A stretch of 64,000 bases of DNA. Source: Pavona decussata (taxonomy: Eukaryota). This document shows positions 36,515-50,200 of the stretch, in pieces. The translations under genes were made by a program, and so were the position numbers. Below the pieces are notes generated by a model. That model was given only the letters and a program-made list of their open reading frames with translations, had not been told where the DNA came from and searched no databases. Numbering within the stretch: position 1 is the stretch's first letter; each line of letters opens with the position of its first letter. The DNA is taken from assembly GCA_977016875.1 (NCBI GenBank), contig CDRNST010000067.1:2046001-2110000 (forward strand). Reading direction: 5' to 3'.

Positions 36515-39500
36515 GCCAGTTTAGTCCGGTCAGTTAGAGCCGAAAATCATTAAAATGTGACAAATCGCGTAAAAACATGAAACTTGGCACAAATGTCCCT
36601 TGATATGTCAGGATTCATTTTAGAAGGGGTGCCACAAAATTTATTTCCATGGAAATATTCAAGAGCAAGCAGACGGAAGGAATACAGTCCTTGTTCTTAA
36701 GAAGGGCATGGAATTACTATTGAAAGATGCCTAAAAAGAACGGAATTATGAGGAAGAGGCATTCACACTTGCGAAAGCAACAAGATATATCCGCAGCGAT
36801 GTTATTAATACACTAATATCCCCTTTTGATGGAGAATTCTCATCGGATTGCCAGTCCAAATCAGTACCTTTGAGCTTAAAGGATCTGGTTTCCATGTTAC
36901 TCAATGGTGCTAATATAGAAACCCAGGATTCAGAAGAATCGCAAGCTTGCTTGACAATTGCCAAGTAAATACTGTTCAGGCTGAAGAAAACGGCAAAATC
37001 CTTAGGAAAGGGAATGCGCCATTGCCGGGTAAGGGAACCTCCTCTGCCTCATTACCTCTGAATGAACATACCCACCCAGAAAAGAAGCAAAAAGATCGTT
37101 AATCAACTACACCGACTTGGTTTAAGGTTGAGCTGCACCAGGGTTGACGAAATGATGAAAGATTTCGGAACGTCGGTGTGTAACCATTTTAAGACTGTCG
37201 GCGTTGTTTGTCCTCCCTATTTTCAGCAAAATCTCTTCACTGTTGGAGCAATTGACAACCCCGACCATAATCCGTCGTCAACAACAGCGCAAGGCTCATT
37301 TCATGGTACTGGGATTAGTCTCTTCCCGTTCCCAACACAAGATTCCATTGACGTTGTCGGCTAGGAAGCAGCCAATACAACAAATCATTGCTCTATCAAG
37401 ACTACCCCGAGAGACATTACGCTCCCTAACTCTTATTCTATAGTTCCTCCTGTCTCTCTGAAGACATCTCATGTAGACGTTCCTGTAGTTCTCCAAGCTA
37501 CTAAGGATATTTCAAGTAGCAATCAGCTATCCGCGACTACTGCCATAACAAAACAAGATCCCTGGTTAGAGCATTGTAGGCGTCATCTCGATGATAATCT
37601 TACCAAAGGGACGTAATTCTCATGGGCTGCCTACAATGCATTGATTGCGCATGCTTCCAATCCCTTGCCATCTTTGGGTGGTTTGTTGCCATTGCTTGAC
37701 GAGAAGGCGGCCACACCTGCTATGGTGAAGCATTCTATGGATGTTCAGAGAAAGCGAGTATCTTAATCCAGGTCAGGTCCCTGTTACTGCATGTGACCAA
37801 CCTCTCTTCGCCATCGCCAAGTTTGTGCAGTGAAATTGGCCTGCTACACATGGAGAAGATGTCCATGTCGTGATGTTAGGAGGCCTTCACTTTGAAATGG
37901 CTCTATGGTCCGTATGTGGCGATCTGTTAAAAGCGTCTGGCTGGATCTTTGCTTTCGCAGAGGCAGGTGTAGCATCCATTGGTACATCGGATTCCTTTCT
38001 AAAGGTAGCTCACTTTACCAAGACCACACGCGCACACCAGATAACCAGTGTGGCTCTGCATAAATTGCAACGTGATGTTTATGAGCAACTACACGGAGGT
38101 AGCGAAGAAGAAGAATTTGAAAATTGGCATGATGGAATGATGAAGACAAGTCCACCATACAGGTTTTGGCACATGATCTTGCAAATGGAGCTCACAGTAC
38201 TTGCATTTGTCAAAGCACACCGTGAAAACAACTTCACTTTGTATGTGGAGACCTTGGAAGCCCTAGTCCCTTGGTTCTTTGCTCTCGAACATATTAATTA
38301 CGCCAGATGGGTACCAATCCATGTAAGAGATATGAGGTCCTTGCCAAGGTCAATTAAAAACAAACTCAAACAGTGCTGAATTTCCAAAATCTCAAACAAG
38401 TTTTCAAGCATCCCAATCGATCAGGCGCACGAGCAAAACAAGTCAGACGTAAAAGGAGCTGGTGGAGCCATTGGACTCACTGAAAATCCCGTGCCTTTTA
38501 GAAGATGGGTAGTTGCTGGACCCGAAATGGCCCATTCATAGCAAAAATTTGAAAGTCGGATAAGAGATCGATCTTTCAGGCGAAAAGTGGCTGGTCACGT
38601 CAGAAGTCCACAAAACTGGTAGGCATTTTTGGCAAATTCCTCTAACAAGAAGGAACTGTTCGCATACCTCACAATAGAGGTCGAAAGAGCTACCTTTTCA
38701 TATGGCAGGATTGTTTGTATAACTTCAGGTCATTTAGTAACAAAACCATTTAAGACACATTCACATCATTTTGCATAGATGTTTTTTGAGTGCTATTAAA
38801 TTTTACCATAATAGAATCATTTTCATATCTTTAATTTAGGTGGGAATGTCATCTCAAACTGTCCTGGACAGCAAATGAACATATGTAATCACGAAGAAGC
38901 AGACACACGAATGCTGGTCCATGTGAAAGACGCCCTGGAGAAAGGAGCGAGAAGTGTCCTTGTTCGAACTGTTGACACAGACGTTGTCGTCCTTCTCATT
39001 GCCGAGTTCAGAGCCTTCTTTACTTTACGACCAGACCTGACGGGATGGGTTGCCTTTGGCATGGGGAAGCATTTCCAGTCTCTGTCAATCAACAGTATCT
39101 GCTATTGCTTGGGAGAAGAGAAATCTTGGGCGCTACCACTTTTCCATGCACTTACTGGGTGCGATACGACGTCTGTGTTCCTGGGAAAAGGAAAGAAATC
39201 AGCATGGGAAGCTAGGAGTTCGTATCTGGCGGCCACGGAAGCTTTTCTTTATATGAGGGACTCACCTTTTCTACCACTGGAGATAGGTTCTCCTTATTTT
39301 AGCATTCTTCAACGGTTTGTTAACTTGCTTTACGACAAGACCAGCCTTGCCGTTAACGTGAATGCTGCTCGACGAGAACTATTCACAAAAAAGGGACGAC
39401 AGCTGGAAAACTTTCCACCGACAGCGGTAAGAGGAACAATCTGTATGTATAAGCACAAACACCAGTCTTGCATACGTTACATACATTTTCTTTTTATCTT

Positions 39501-39920
39501 TTTTCTTCTGTGCTAACACATAGTTATGTAAGCACGCTCTTACATTTTTTTTCTTTAACAAGATGTTAGAACTCCAATCCCTGTCGTGATTTAAGTCTTT
39601 TTCAACTTGCCGAACTGTCAAGTCAGAGCAGACGTTCATTACATTAAGTGATTTTACATAATACGTAGTACTTGAATAGTTATTCAATCTACTAATTAAG
39701 TAAAAAGACATCGTTAACAGTCTTTTATTACAATTTTGTTAGGAAGCCCTTTTCAACCACGCCAACAGAGCCATATACCAGGCAAGCATCTGGATGTCTC
39801 TCGGGGAACGATAGGTGATCCCCGCACCATTTGAGTTTGGTTGGAAACAAGACGAAGATCCTTGAAGGCCTCTTTGGACAAAACTTCCAGAGGCATCGAA
39901 AGCCTGTAGTCATGGGAATA
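36511..39920 (+). pseudogene. Decayed large DNA-transposon-like gene with FEN1/XPG-like C-terminal motifs and two introns
   Basis: Motifs DNPDHNPSSTTAQGSFHGTGISLF, CDQPLFAIAK, LGGLHFEMA, NYARW, DQAHEQN, HEEADTR, DTDVVVL, LTGCDTTS..GKGKKSAW, PPT|EAL..RAIYQASIW; many stops and frameshifts; GT-AG introns 38729-38839 and 39427-39742. Superfamily uncertain. Confidence 0.7.
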
Positions 39921-40132
39921 TCACGTGACTATCGTTACAAACATTCTCATTGCATCACAAAATACTTGAGTGTCCAACTAAGTTGTATTTGTCTTGTTTG
40001 TCAACAGAACACTATCTATGTTGTGTGAGAGGAACGATTTCATCCTGCAGCCTCGTTTTCATACTGATTAGTCACCATGAAAATTTTAATCCCGAGTCAT
40101 TCCTCCCGGATCCATATATCAGTGAGTTATTA

Positions 40133-40615
40133 AGCCTGGTTTACACGTACAACGCAAGCATAAGCATGAGCACAAGCAGGAGCACAAGGATGTTTACACG
40201 TGCGATAAGCATAAGCATAAGGTGACATACGCAAGCACAGAAGCATAAAAATTTGCTGCCACCATTTTGCAAATGGCAACGCATGAGTAACTAGAATGTA
40301 CGCTGACAACTTGCCACTGTTTTTTAGTTTTCTTTCCTTGCGCTTGTGCTTATGCTTGCGTCGTCCCAGTTTACACGTACGACACAACGACGCAAGCACA
40401 AGCACAAGCACAAGAGAATGGAAATCGTTCCATTTTCTTGTGCTTGTGCTTATGCTTGCGTCGTTGCGTCGTACGTGTACACCGGGACGACGTAAGCATA
40501 AGCACAAGCGCAAGCACAAGGCGGTTATGCTTGCGTCGCACTGGTTTACACGTAGGTTTCTTGTGCTTATGCTTGTGTTTATGCTTATGCCTGCCTCGTA
40601 TGTGTAAACCAGGCT
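40133..40615. mobile_element. PIF/Harbinger-type MITE with internal (AGCATA/AGCACA)n repeats
   Basis: TIR agcctggtttacac / gtgtaaaccaggct with TTA on both sides. Confidence 0.85.
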
Positions 40616-40968
40616 TTACATTTTGCATTATTACATTATGCATCAGAAAAGTTCTTACATTTTGCGTTGAATAATTTATTGAATTATGCGTAAGTATTGC
40701 ATTTTGCGGCGATTCTTGTTACATTTTGCGGCGTAACAGTTGCCATTCAACGTTTTTTATGCTAAATTATGTCTGGCTTATTACATAAAATCATAAAATC
40801 GTAAGATGACAGTTTACAAATTTGGTGGAAGCGCCGAACATTCAAGCCAGTGAGCGCGTAGAAAACGCAGAGACGATGGTGTCAACTCTCCTCCTCAAGG
40901 ACTTACCACCAATTGAATTAAATTGTTGAAAGAATTCTCAAATAAAATTTAACTGTATCAGTCGGATT

Positions 40969-41248
40969 TTAGGAATCGAAGTACAAAAAATAAAACCAAT
41001 AAAATAAGTTAAACGCAATAAAGGTAGCTAGAAAAACTATCTTAACTGACTCGTCCAATGAATTGTATTTTAAAGACTTCTTAAGAACAGTCTTGACGTA
41101 GGGCATGTAACATATGCTTGACTTCAGTTCAGCTCTTTCGCTGCTGCTGTAACTATCGTCTAGTGATCTTGAGGCATCGAGAAACCCACTACTAGTGAGA
41201 TCGGCGCTTTTTCTGGAATTCTGAAATAAATCCTCATGAGTTAATATC

Positions 41249-41286
<38 letters not shown>

Positions 41287-44200
41287 TTTTTTCATTTTCG
41301 AGCATAAAAAATAAGAGATACCACTTTTCAGAGATACGAGATATACTGCATACCCCTCACCCCAGAAGTATTCTTTAAAACATTGGCACGTAAATACGTA
41401 CGTGCACAGGAGTTCATAGTTTTCAAGTCCAAAAGCTTAACAATACATATACTAAAAATCAAACACATTCGCAAAACGTCTGTTATGGCTCATGCAGCAG
41501 AGCAGTAGAGCAGCAGAGGACTCTTCGAGCTTTGGAGCAAGCCATTACAAAGATGGAGACGCTTTCTCTCTCCCTCTGACTGTGGGACTGTGGGAGACTG
41601 ATTGTCGAAGTTTTTTTTAGACATAGCGCGGTAGTACGGGTGCCCCGTTGTTGTGACTTGTGACCCGTGTTTTGTTCAGGCGTGTTCTTTCGGATGGTCG
41701 GGTATTTAGGTTTTTTTTACAGGTAGCCCAAGTTCCAGGAGCGTTTATTAGACCTTCGTAACGACATGTTGTAATTTGAATGTCACGATGAGTTGCCGCA
41801 ATGACGTAAATTGTGAGGGTTTATATGGGAAGTACGAACGTGTTTAGGTCTCCTTGATACCTTGTTAGTGTTTTTGTGGCGTATGTTGGCCGTTTCAGCA
41901 CGATTCTCGGTGAGTTTTAAGTTCGGTGTTTTCGTCTTTATAAATATAAACAGAGGAAAACGGCGAATCTAAAACCCACTGGAATCTGGCGCGCTGAAAC
42001 GGCCCCGCAAAATACGCCACAGAAACAATAGTCTTACGTTACCGCCAAAATATGTCACACAAACACTTACATGGACAAGGAAAGGAATCTTTGTTCGATT
42101 CGTGTTCTTTATTTTCGACTCCTAAACAAGTTTATAAATTCCCATACAAACTCTTATAATTTACGTTAGTGCGGATACTCATCATGACACTCAAAATTAC
42201 AACGTGACGTTACAAAGGTCTAATAAAGGCTTCTAGAGCTTGGGCTACCTGTGGTTTTTCTCTGACTGTTTCCAACTATCGGGTATGAAGACACGGCTTT
42301 TTAGAAAAGGCATATATATGTTCCGTTTCCATTGCTCAGGAGAGGTACTCTAAGAGATTCTTGGTTTCGGCATACCCCCGGTTCTTCAAATCAACACCCT
42401 TTTCAAATGTGAATTACAAATCCATACCCATTTTCAATATCAAGAACGAAAAAAAAGAAAGAAAGAAGGAAACTTTTTGTGAAATGGTATGTATTGGTCA
42501 CTCTTATTTTTCTCTTCTTAAGTTCGTTTGAAGAATAATAAAAAGAACGACACATTTTTGCGTTGACGCAATCTGAATCTGTATCTTTTGGAATAAAGTA
42601 TAACAAGAACGCTAATCAGAACAACGTGATTTGTCCGTGATTTGGCCGACGAGGTACCAGTCTTGATCAGTTGGTTTATCGTGATCTGCCCAATGAAACT
42701 TAAGGTTCATAACTCGAGTTTGTACGGTTCATACCTTTTACGATCTTTCAGAAACAGTAAAAAAAGGCAGCTTACCAATTGATGATTACACGTAGTTGGT
42801 TCGATTTTTCCCGATGGCCCTTTGCTGTTTATCAGCACGTACTCTGCAAATGCACCAAATACAAGGGTGTAGCACACAATTAAGTACCAGTCCACTGCCT
42901 TCACATACGATACCACGGGCAAAGATCCCTGGCCAATTCCGATTAACAGTGTAGTCATCGTTAGAATCGTCGTAATTCCAAGAGAGACGCGAGCTGGAGC
43001 TGACGTCCGATCGACAAAGAATGAAAGCCAGGACAGGAGTACAATAAATATGGCCGGAATGTAGACTCTTGTCAGATAGTGACCAATGCGTCGGGTGAAT
43101 ACAAATTTTACTCCCAGAACAGAGTAATTACCTGAAAAAGGGAACGGAAGGTATAATACCACTTAAGCTTACGATGGAGAAGCTTTCTTGGTTAAAAATG
43201 AGATATTATTAGTTATTAACTTGACCAAAGGAAATAATTTTAATTCGAGGAACTTGTATCAAGACTTCACGGGCTGTGACAAATCGCCAGAGAAATTCGC
43301 GTGACATTATTCCCCGCAACTGGGTATGAAAGTTCTGAGCCACTTTTAACTGTATAATTCTTTCGAGACTAACACGAAGTCATTAAGGTTTTGCTCTTGC
43401 CTTTTAATGTAGGTCTTCGAACTTACTTGCGATTCGTTTTGGTAGTTTTTTTTCACAAAACACAAACAGTAAACAATATCTATCAACACAACACAAACAG
43501 CAAGTAATATCTATACCAACACAATACAAGCAGTAAACAATATCTATCAACAACAAATCCAAACAAAATTAGTAGCCAAAGACGGATTAATTACTTGCTG
43601 TGTAAGCTTGGTGCAAAAAGTGCATAACTCAGCAACGTGAAGCGGATAGGCGCTTTATGTTAAGCTCGACTTTTTTTTGTTCGCTAGAGTTCTGTCTCAA
43701 AAAACAATATGAGTTGCTTCGCTGGCAGCGATTTCAACTTATTTTGATGATTCCTGTATGCTCCATAACGAAGAACTAGATCATCTTGTTTATCGCAGTT
43801 CGAAAGACTCCGGCCGGCTACACCGCCATCTTGGATCAACTCCTTTTTGTAAGGGTTATTTCGCTACAAGACTTAACTACGACGCAAATTCATCACCTTC
43901 GTTTCAGCTTACACGATTATTTTAAATCAGTGGGGATATCAACCCAAACCGAGATCCATAAATCAAGCTTCAAACAAGTGTTTGGCGTGACTGTGTGTTG
44001 TGTTTGCAATTTAAAGAGCTGAAATGTGACCCAACGCCAATACAGCGAACTGACCAATGCTTCAACGTCGACGTGGTTCTGCCCCAGCTGCTTTGAATTT
44101 CACTTTTTTAATCAGCCACACGCTACTCATCACTGTACTCATCTAACAAGTTCTAATCTAACAACGCAAGAGGAAAACTCAGTAGAAAGAAATCACTTCT

Positions 44201-47200
44201 CGATTCTTACGGCGGAAAAACCTTCCAACAAATGAATTGGCTCATAAAAATGTCGATGGATTACTGACAAAGGCTAAGACACAGGAGATCCAACTGTGAA
44301 GTTTGAAGTTTTAGGCATTACTGACCGAATGATATTCAAATCCCAGAATACAAATCACTGCGAAACGGATCGGACCGCGGACCGAAGACGGTGAAGGTGT
44401 CTGTAGTGTTGTTTAATGCTGAGTCCTTGTAATCTCAACAACATCCCGTCTCAACAACATCCGGGATGTTGTTGATATTACAAACCTCATTCCTGGGCTG
44501 TGGGCATAGTGGGCAGTGGGCACCCACAAAACATAGTGTTCTCCAACAAGTACAGGCCTCCTAAGGACATGACCTTCTTTGAAATGTTAGAAGAGCAATT
44601 AAACATTTTTGCAGCAAAAGAAACAACATTGTGATAACGGGAGATCTAATTTTTGTTTAATAAAATGAGACCGGCGGGATAAAGTACAGGTGAATGACTC
44701 TGAGCTCATAAATGTCCGAGGAAGTTTGGTTTGGTAAACTTCATCAATCGAGCAACTAGAATAAATGAAAACTCAAAAATTTTAATTGGTCTCTAAATTA
44801 TAAGTGACAGAAATAAAGTTGTGAACGCTGGGGTTTTTGACATAGGCCGATTGCGTATCACAGATTTCATAATTTAGACAGTCTTGAAACCAGTCTCGAG
44901 AACAAGAGTCCCTCGGCTCAAATCGGTGATTGACTGGAAAAACTGTAAACCAGGTTGCATTTAAGGAACAGGTTGCGTTTGCCCCGTGGCATGCCTGTAA
45001 TGTGTTTGATGATCTCAACGACAACTGCTGCATGATAGATGTGCTATTAGTCAGGACATAAAAACCGAGCAAAGATTCGTTCAAGAAAACTGCATTGGAT
45101 AAGCGGAAGTATCCAAAAGCTTAGAATGAAGGGTACAAGCAGCTGCGTAGAGTACAAAAGTCAGGTAGTATTGAGGATAGAGAAAAGTACAAAGCCGGAA
45201 CGGAGAAATAGAGTAAACAAAACTCTCAAAAGAGCTGTAGTTGAGTATCAAAAAAAACACACACACAAAAAAAACCAACAAAAACGTTAAGCGAAACTGA
45301 GAAAGGCTCAAGAGATATCTGGAAAATTATAACAACTGACAAGGCGTGAAAAGAAATACAAACGAATTGGCCCAGTCAGAGATGACAAGATCACGTTCGT
45401 GTACAGTGGGTGAGAAATTAGCTTCTAGATCATTACCAATATGTTCTGACAGGCTGCCTTTTATTTCTCGGAGTACTCTATCGCCTTTGGCATACAGCCT
45501 CAAAAAAAAAAAAAAAAGATTTTCACTATGTACAAGCTAAGCAAAATCAATACACGAAAAGCTCATGGAACTGATGGAATAAAACCGAGAGAATTGAAAA
45601 TTATTGCCAAGGAGATCACTTACAGCATAACGAACATAAGAAGAAATGAGTTATGAGGAAAGCAAACACCTTAATTTGGCAGATTGAAAAGTATTACACA
45701 AAGGCGGAAATTCTTTTTTTAATAAGAATCTTGAGGCTAAGGTTAATCTAAGATCACATACTAAGAACATTACCCCGGCTGAAAATCAGTTAAGAACATT
45801 TTCATTTTGACCAAATGTTGATAATCACATCTTCGTGAGGTTCTTCGGAGAAACCAATGGGGCTGCAAAAAGGGAATCCTGTCAGAGTCACTACCACTGT
45901 ACCTAACGGAATCTGGGCCGGAACATTTTGTAGACGAAGGCGAAGTTATAGGAGCTATTTCCAATGATTTTAGAAAGGCATTTGACTCCGTTTCTCATGA
46001 CATTTTATATTACAAAATGTAAGCTTGCGGACTGAGCGGAAAGTTATGGTTATTTATCCCACCGCCATCAATTTGTTGAGCTTTTAAAATGGTGTTAGAT
46101 CACCTTTACTACAAGCGAAGGGTCACTTCTTGAACCAAGGCTGTACTCAATTTATGTGAACGATTTCTCTTACAGTATATCACGAGGAGAGTTACGTCTA
46201 TACGCCGACGACACAACGGCCGATATAATTGGGGCTTGCTGACGATGCGGTATTTTTTTTGAAGAAGTCTATTCTTGGTAGGAGCTCAACAAGCTAACTT
46301 CACACACTCAGTGGAAAATTTGGTGTGATGATAATACAAAGAAATCGATTTGTGGGACCCTACCATGCAGTTTTAAGTGTAGAAATATGGAAATTGAATA
46401 TACTAACAAAACAAAATTATTGGGTGTTATTGTAAACAACAGACTCGTGTGAAGAGAGCATGCTGCCGTGAGGTACACAAGTCGTTCAGCGGATGAGCTT
46501 AACTAAACGTCTGGAGGAAATTTAGTAAAAAAACATTATTCCTCATTTGATTTATTGCATTGCTGTCTGGGGAAACTGATCGGTTTCCATGCTCGCAGAA
46601 ATCGAGAGCCTGCATGTTAAAGCCGCAAAGTATTTTGGATTTTTATGTTTTAGACTGTACATGTACTAAGCGGCAAGACCTAGGATACTTATATAAATGA
46701 AGGCTTGCGATCGAAGTGTTTCCAGTAAGATTAAACAAGATCTGAACAAGACTATCACCAGATTTTACTTTCACCGAATAAATGCGCAAAGGCCTGCTCC
46801 TCAAATCTAAAAGAAAGAACAACGAACTTGGAAAAAATACTTTTTTAGAGGTCCTGTTGTATGGAACACACTTGATATCAAGTCAAGGAACTTAGAAAGG
46901 CTAGCCTGTTTCAAAGCAGCTCTTGAGCAAAACTAAACACAACTGAACAACGTTTCTTTCGATAATGGCACCTTAACAAATTATAATAAGGATCTTACGA
47001 ATTATATTTATTAGTAACCTGTTCATTTAAATGTTTTAATATGTAATTTGGACCAATTGTAAATAATATTAGTAGTTAGTTAGGGCTTAATAAGTTGTAG
47101 GTCCACATCAACTCTTCAGTTGCCGGTACTNNNNNNNNNNNNNNNNNNNNNNNNNNNNNNNNNNNNNNNNNNNNNNNNNNNNNNNNNNNNNNNNNNNNNN

Positions 47201-50200
47201 NNNNNNNNNNNNNNNNNNNNNNNNNNNNNNNNNNNNNNNNNNNNNNNNNNNNNNNNNNAAAATGAAGTGGGTTTGAAAAATCTCAAGCAAAAATTAAAAT
47301 TAAACCGTAACATCTGAAGAAACCCTGTCGACTATCACACGTACCAGTTACATATGTTTTGCCTTTTTGTTGGACGGTAACAGAATCAAGCGTAAACTGG
47401 GCGATTTCAAGATTTGGTGACCAAGTTTTGTTTTCTTTCTTCCACTTATACACGATATCATCTGCAGTAAAGGAATCTAAAAACAAAAGATAAAATATTA
47501 GATATATGAGAACGGAGGACAGTAGTGACTTACACGTAGCTATGATATGTATTCGGCGTAAGATAAAAAATAAATAAATAAATAAATAAATAAATAAATT
47601 GAGTTCATATCCTACGAGTCTCCTACTACTTTGCAAGACACATCAAACAGATCAGAAAACAAGAAATGCAATACGGGTCAACATGGCTAATACGTCTTTG
47701 ATACAATAAAGAGCAAACTACTTGCTACAGAAAGAGTTTGACTAAACAATACCCCTAACTGGATTGTGTTATAACTTTATTCTTGCTCTTCTTTATCTCG
47801 TTACATCAGTTGATCAAAAGTCCATACCATTATATATTTCACTTCCTACCATACGGTAGACATGCAGCTGTGATACAATTCAACTTAATTAGACCGCAAT
47901 TAACACAGTAACAATGATACCTTATCATCACTGTTTTTCAATCAGATTGAGTTCAGTTAACTTACAACTAAAGAAGTTTAAGTGACACACTTGTCGATCC
48001 ATAGGGAACTTGCGAAAATCCATTGCACATAAACATGTCAAAGTGATCCTACAATGAAAGATAGGAATATTTCAGCATGCATGACGAATAACAATGAATA
48101 ATTAAAAGCACTATAGTATGATGCCCTGAAACAGCTTCGGGGACTCAGAGTTTTGCCTTCATTAAGGTCAAATATGAACTTACCTTGTACTAACAAATAC
48201 TCTACCATCAGGGTGAATCGTCATGACCTTGTTTAAGGTTGTCAGTTTATGCAACTCTCCTTTCTTTCCATTTTCAAAGAAAGTGTCAGGCTGCCACAGT
48301 TTGTCAGCGGTATTTCCAGGTAACGTGATTTGTGTGTTAGGCTTCATGTAAGCTAATCTGTTATCCTGCCAGTACTGACGGAAGTACAACTCTAGAGAAA
48401 AAGCCTGTAACACAAACAAACAAACAGATAAGAAAATACACGATAAGCCTATAATGGTGGACAAAAGAGGTTGGTACAAATCTTTAAAGTATGCTGTTAA
48501 CTACTAATTGGGTGCTCGTAATCTGACTAAAGAAGAAATGTTATCCGTTTAAAACGTAACTTACTCCCCCACCCCCTCCCGAAGGCAACTTTGAATCCCA
48601 CAAAACAGTTTTCTTACATGAGTGCAGCATTGTAGCTGGTGTTGTTAGGTTTTGGTGAATGTGGTCTGTTTTTTTCGTTTGTTCCTTCTTTTTCGATTAT
48701 TCAGAAAACGAGAATAGAATTATTTCAGTGTTTTTAGCACTCCCCCTATCAATGATTGCGATTCTCGGGTTCAGTTCCTTTTTTCGCAGACTGAGATTGT
48801 CCTCGCATGCTAGCCTTTCTCCTGGGTCTTTTACCGGGCATAAGTTGTTTCGAGTGAAAGACAGCGGGGAACTCTGAGGAGCAAAACACTAAGAAAAGTC
48901 TGTATTGCCTTAGTCTTTTGAGGTATACACATTCGCGTTTTTTTTTTATTATTTTACTGTTTTTCCTCAGCGCCTTAGGTAACGACCTACTTTTGATAAA
49001 CCAAGTTCATAAGAGTCAAAGAGATGAAAATGTTAAAAACTGAAACGATAATAAAAAAGAATGAACAAGGATGAACAGTTTTTGTGTTAGGGTGTATGAG
49101 AGAGAATCGTGGTAAAGACGGGAAGAAATGAACACGAAAGGAAACCTGGCCAACCATGTCAGCTTCTTGAAAGTCTCCAATGTAAACTATCTGCATATCG
49201 ACTTGGACTGTTGTTGGCCTTCCTGTGAAATAAAAGTATTAAAATGGAGTCTCGCATTTCATTACTAAAAATCGTTACAAATTGTTTGATTTATTGACGA
49301 AAATTGTTTGAAAGTGACAGCACAATCATGCACTACCCTCAAATCATGTTATCATAAAGTGCCCCATACCTCCTGCATTTGGTCGAACAAATCTGTGACT
49401 TTCGTCCGCCATAAGCCGCATAATAACGCTTGACACTTCTTGTGTAACTTGAGTTGAGTTGTCACTAAATCGAAAGAAAAGATATCTTTCAGCAAAACGT
49501 GAGTGCCCTCTGTTCCGGCTCAGCCCTTGCTTCTGTCTGCCCTGCGCTAGGCCTACAATCTGGAAACAATGGGCTGAACTTTATTGCTCCGCAACCACTT
49601 ATGAAGTCATGGCCCTTCAGTAGAATTGTACGTGGTTCGTTACGGGGTTTGTTATGACCTATAATTATACCAGCGGATCACTGATAATTTCATTTCGAGG
49701 GCTCCATTTTTTTTCAAGAACAACTAGCACTCTGAAAGCTTTTTTTAAAGTTATGCGTCAATAAAGCTTCACTCATTATGTATCACACAGTAGAGTTACA
49801 CAGTATAGTGTAAAAGACTTATTTTGCATTGGCTCTTTTTCAAACCTCCCTATTCATGTATAACTTCTCCCCTCTATACCTCAAGGAAAAAATACGACCC
49901 CCTTCTCTCTTAATCCTTTCCAAATGATGTTACTTGCACTCTGAACATTATACTGAAGCACTAGCCTGTGAACAGGCTCCCAAGTGGGGTATAGGGCGAA
50001 GAGAAACCTCGGCGAACCGGGCGACTGTGAACAGGCTCTCAGGCGGGGAAAAGGCCGAAAAGAAAACTCAGCGAACCGGGCGAGCGGAGCGCAGTATGGG
50101 AGCAAGAAAGAAAGAAAGAAAGAAAGAAAGAAGGGAGCCTGTGGACATTCTTTCAGAATGTCGCCGTCTTGTGATACCAGATACATGATTCATCAGTCGG

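Noticed and set aside
40130-40674. Four overlapping ORFs with HKHK / LCLC / STST repeats
   Set aside because: Translation artefacts of the hexamer repeats inside a Harbinger-type MITE. Not a CRISPR array either, since there are no unique spacers.
47108-47317. ORFs containing X runs
   Set aside because: They span the assembly gap.
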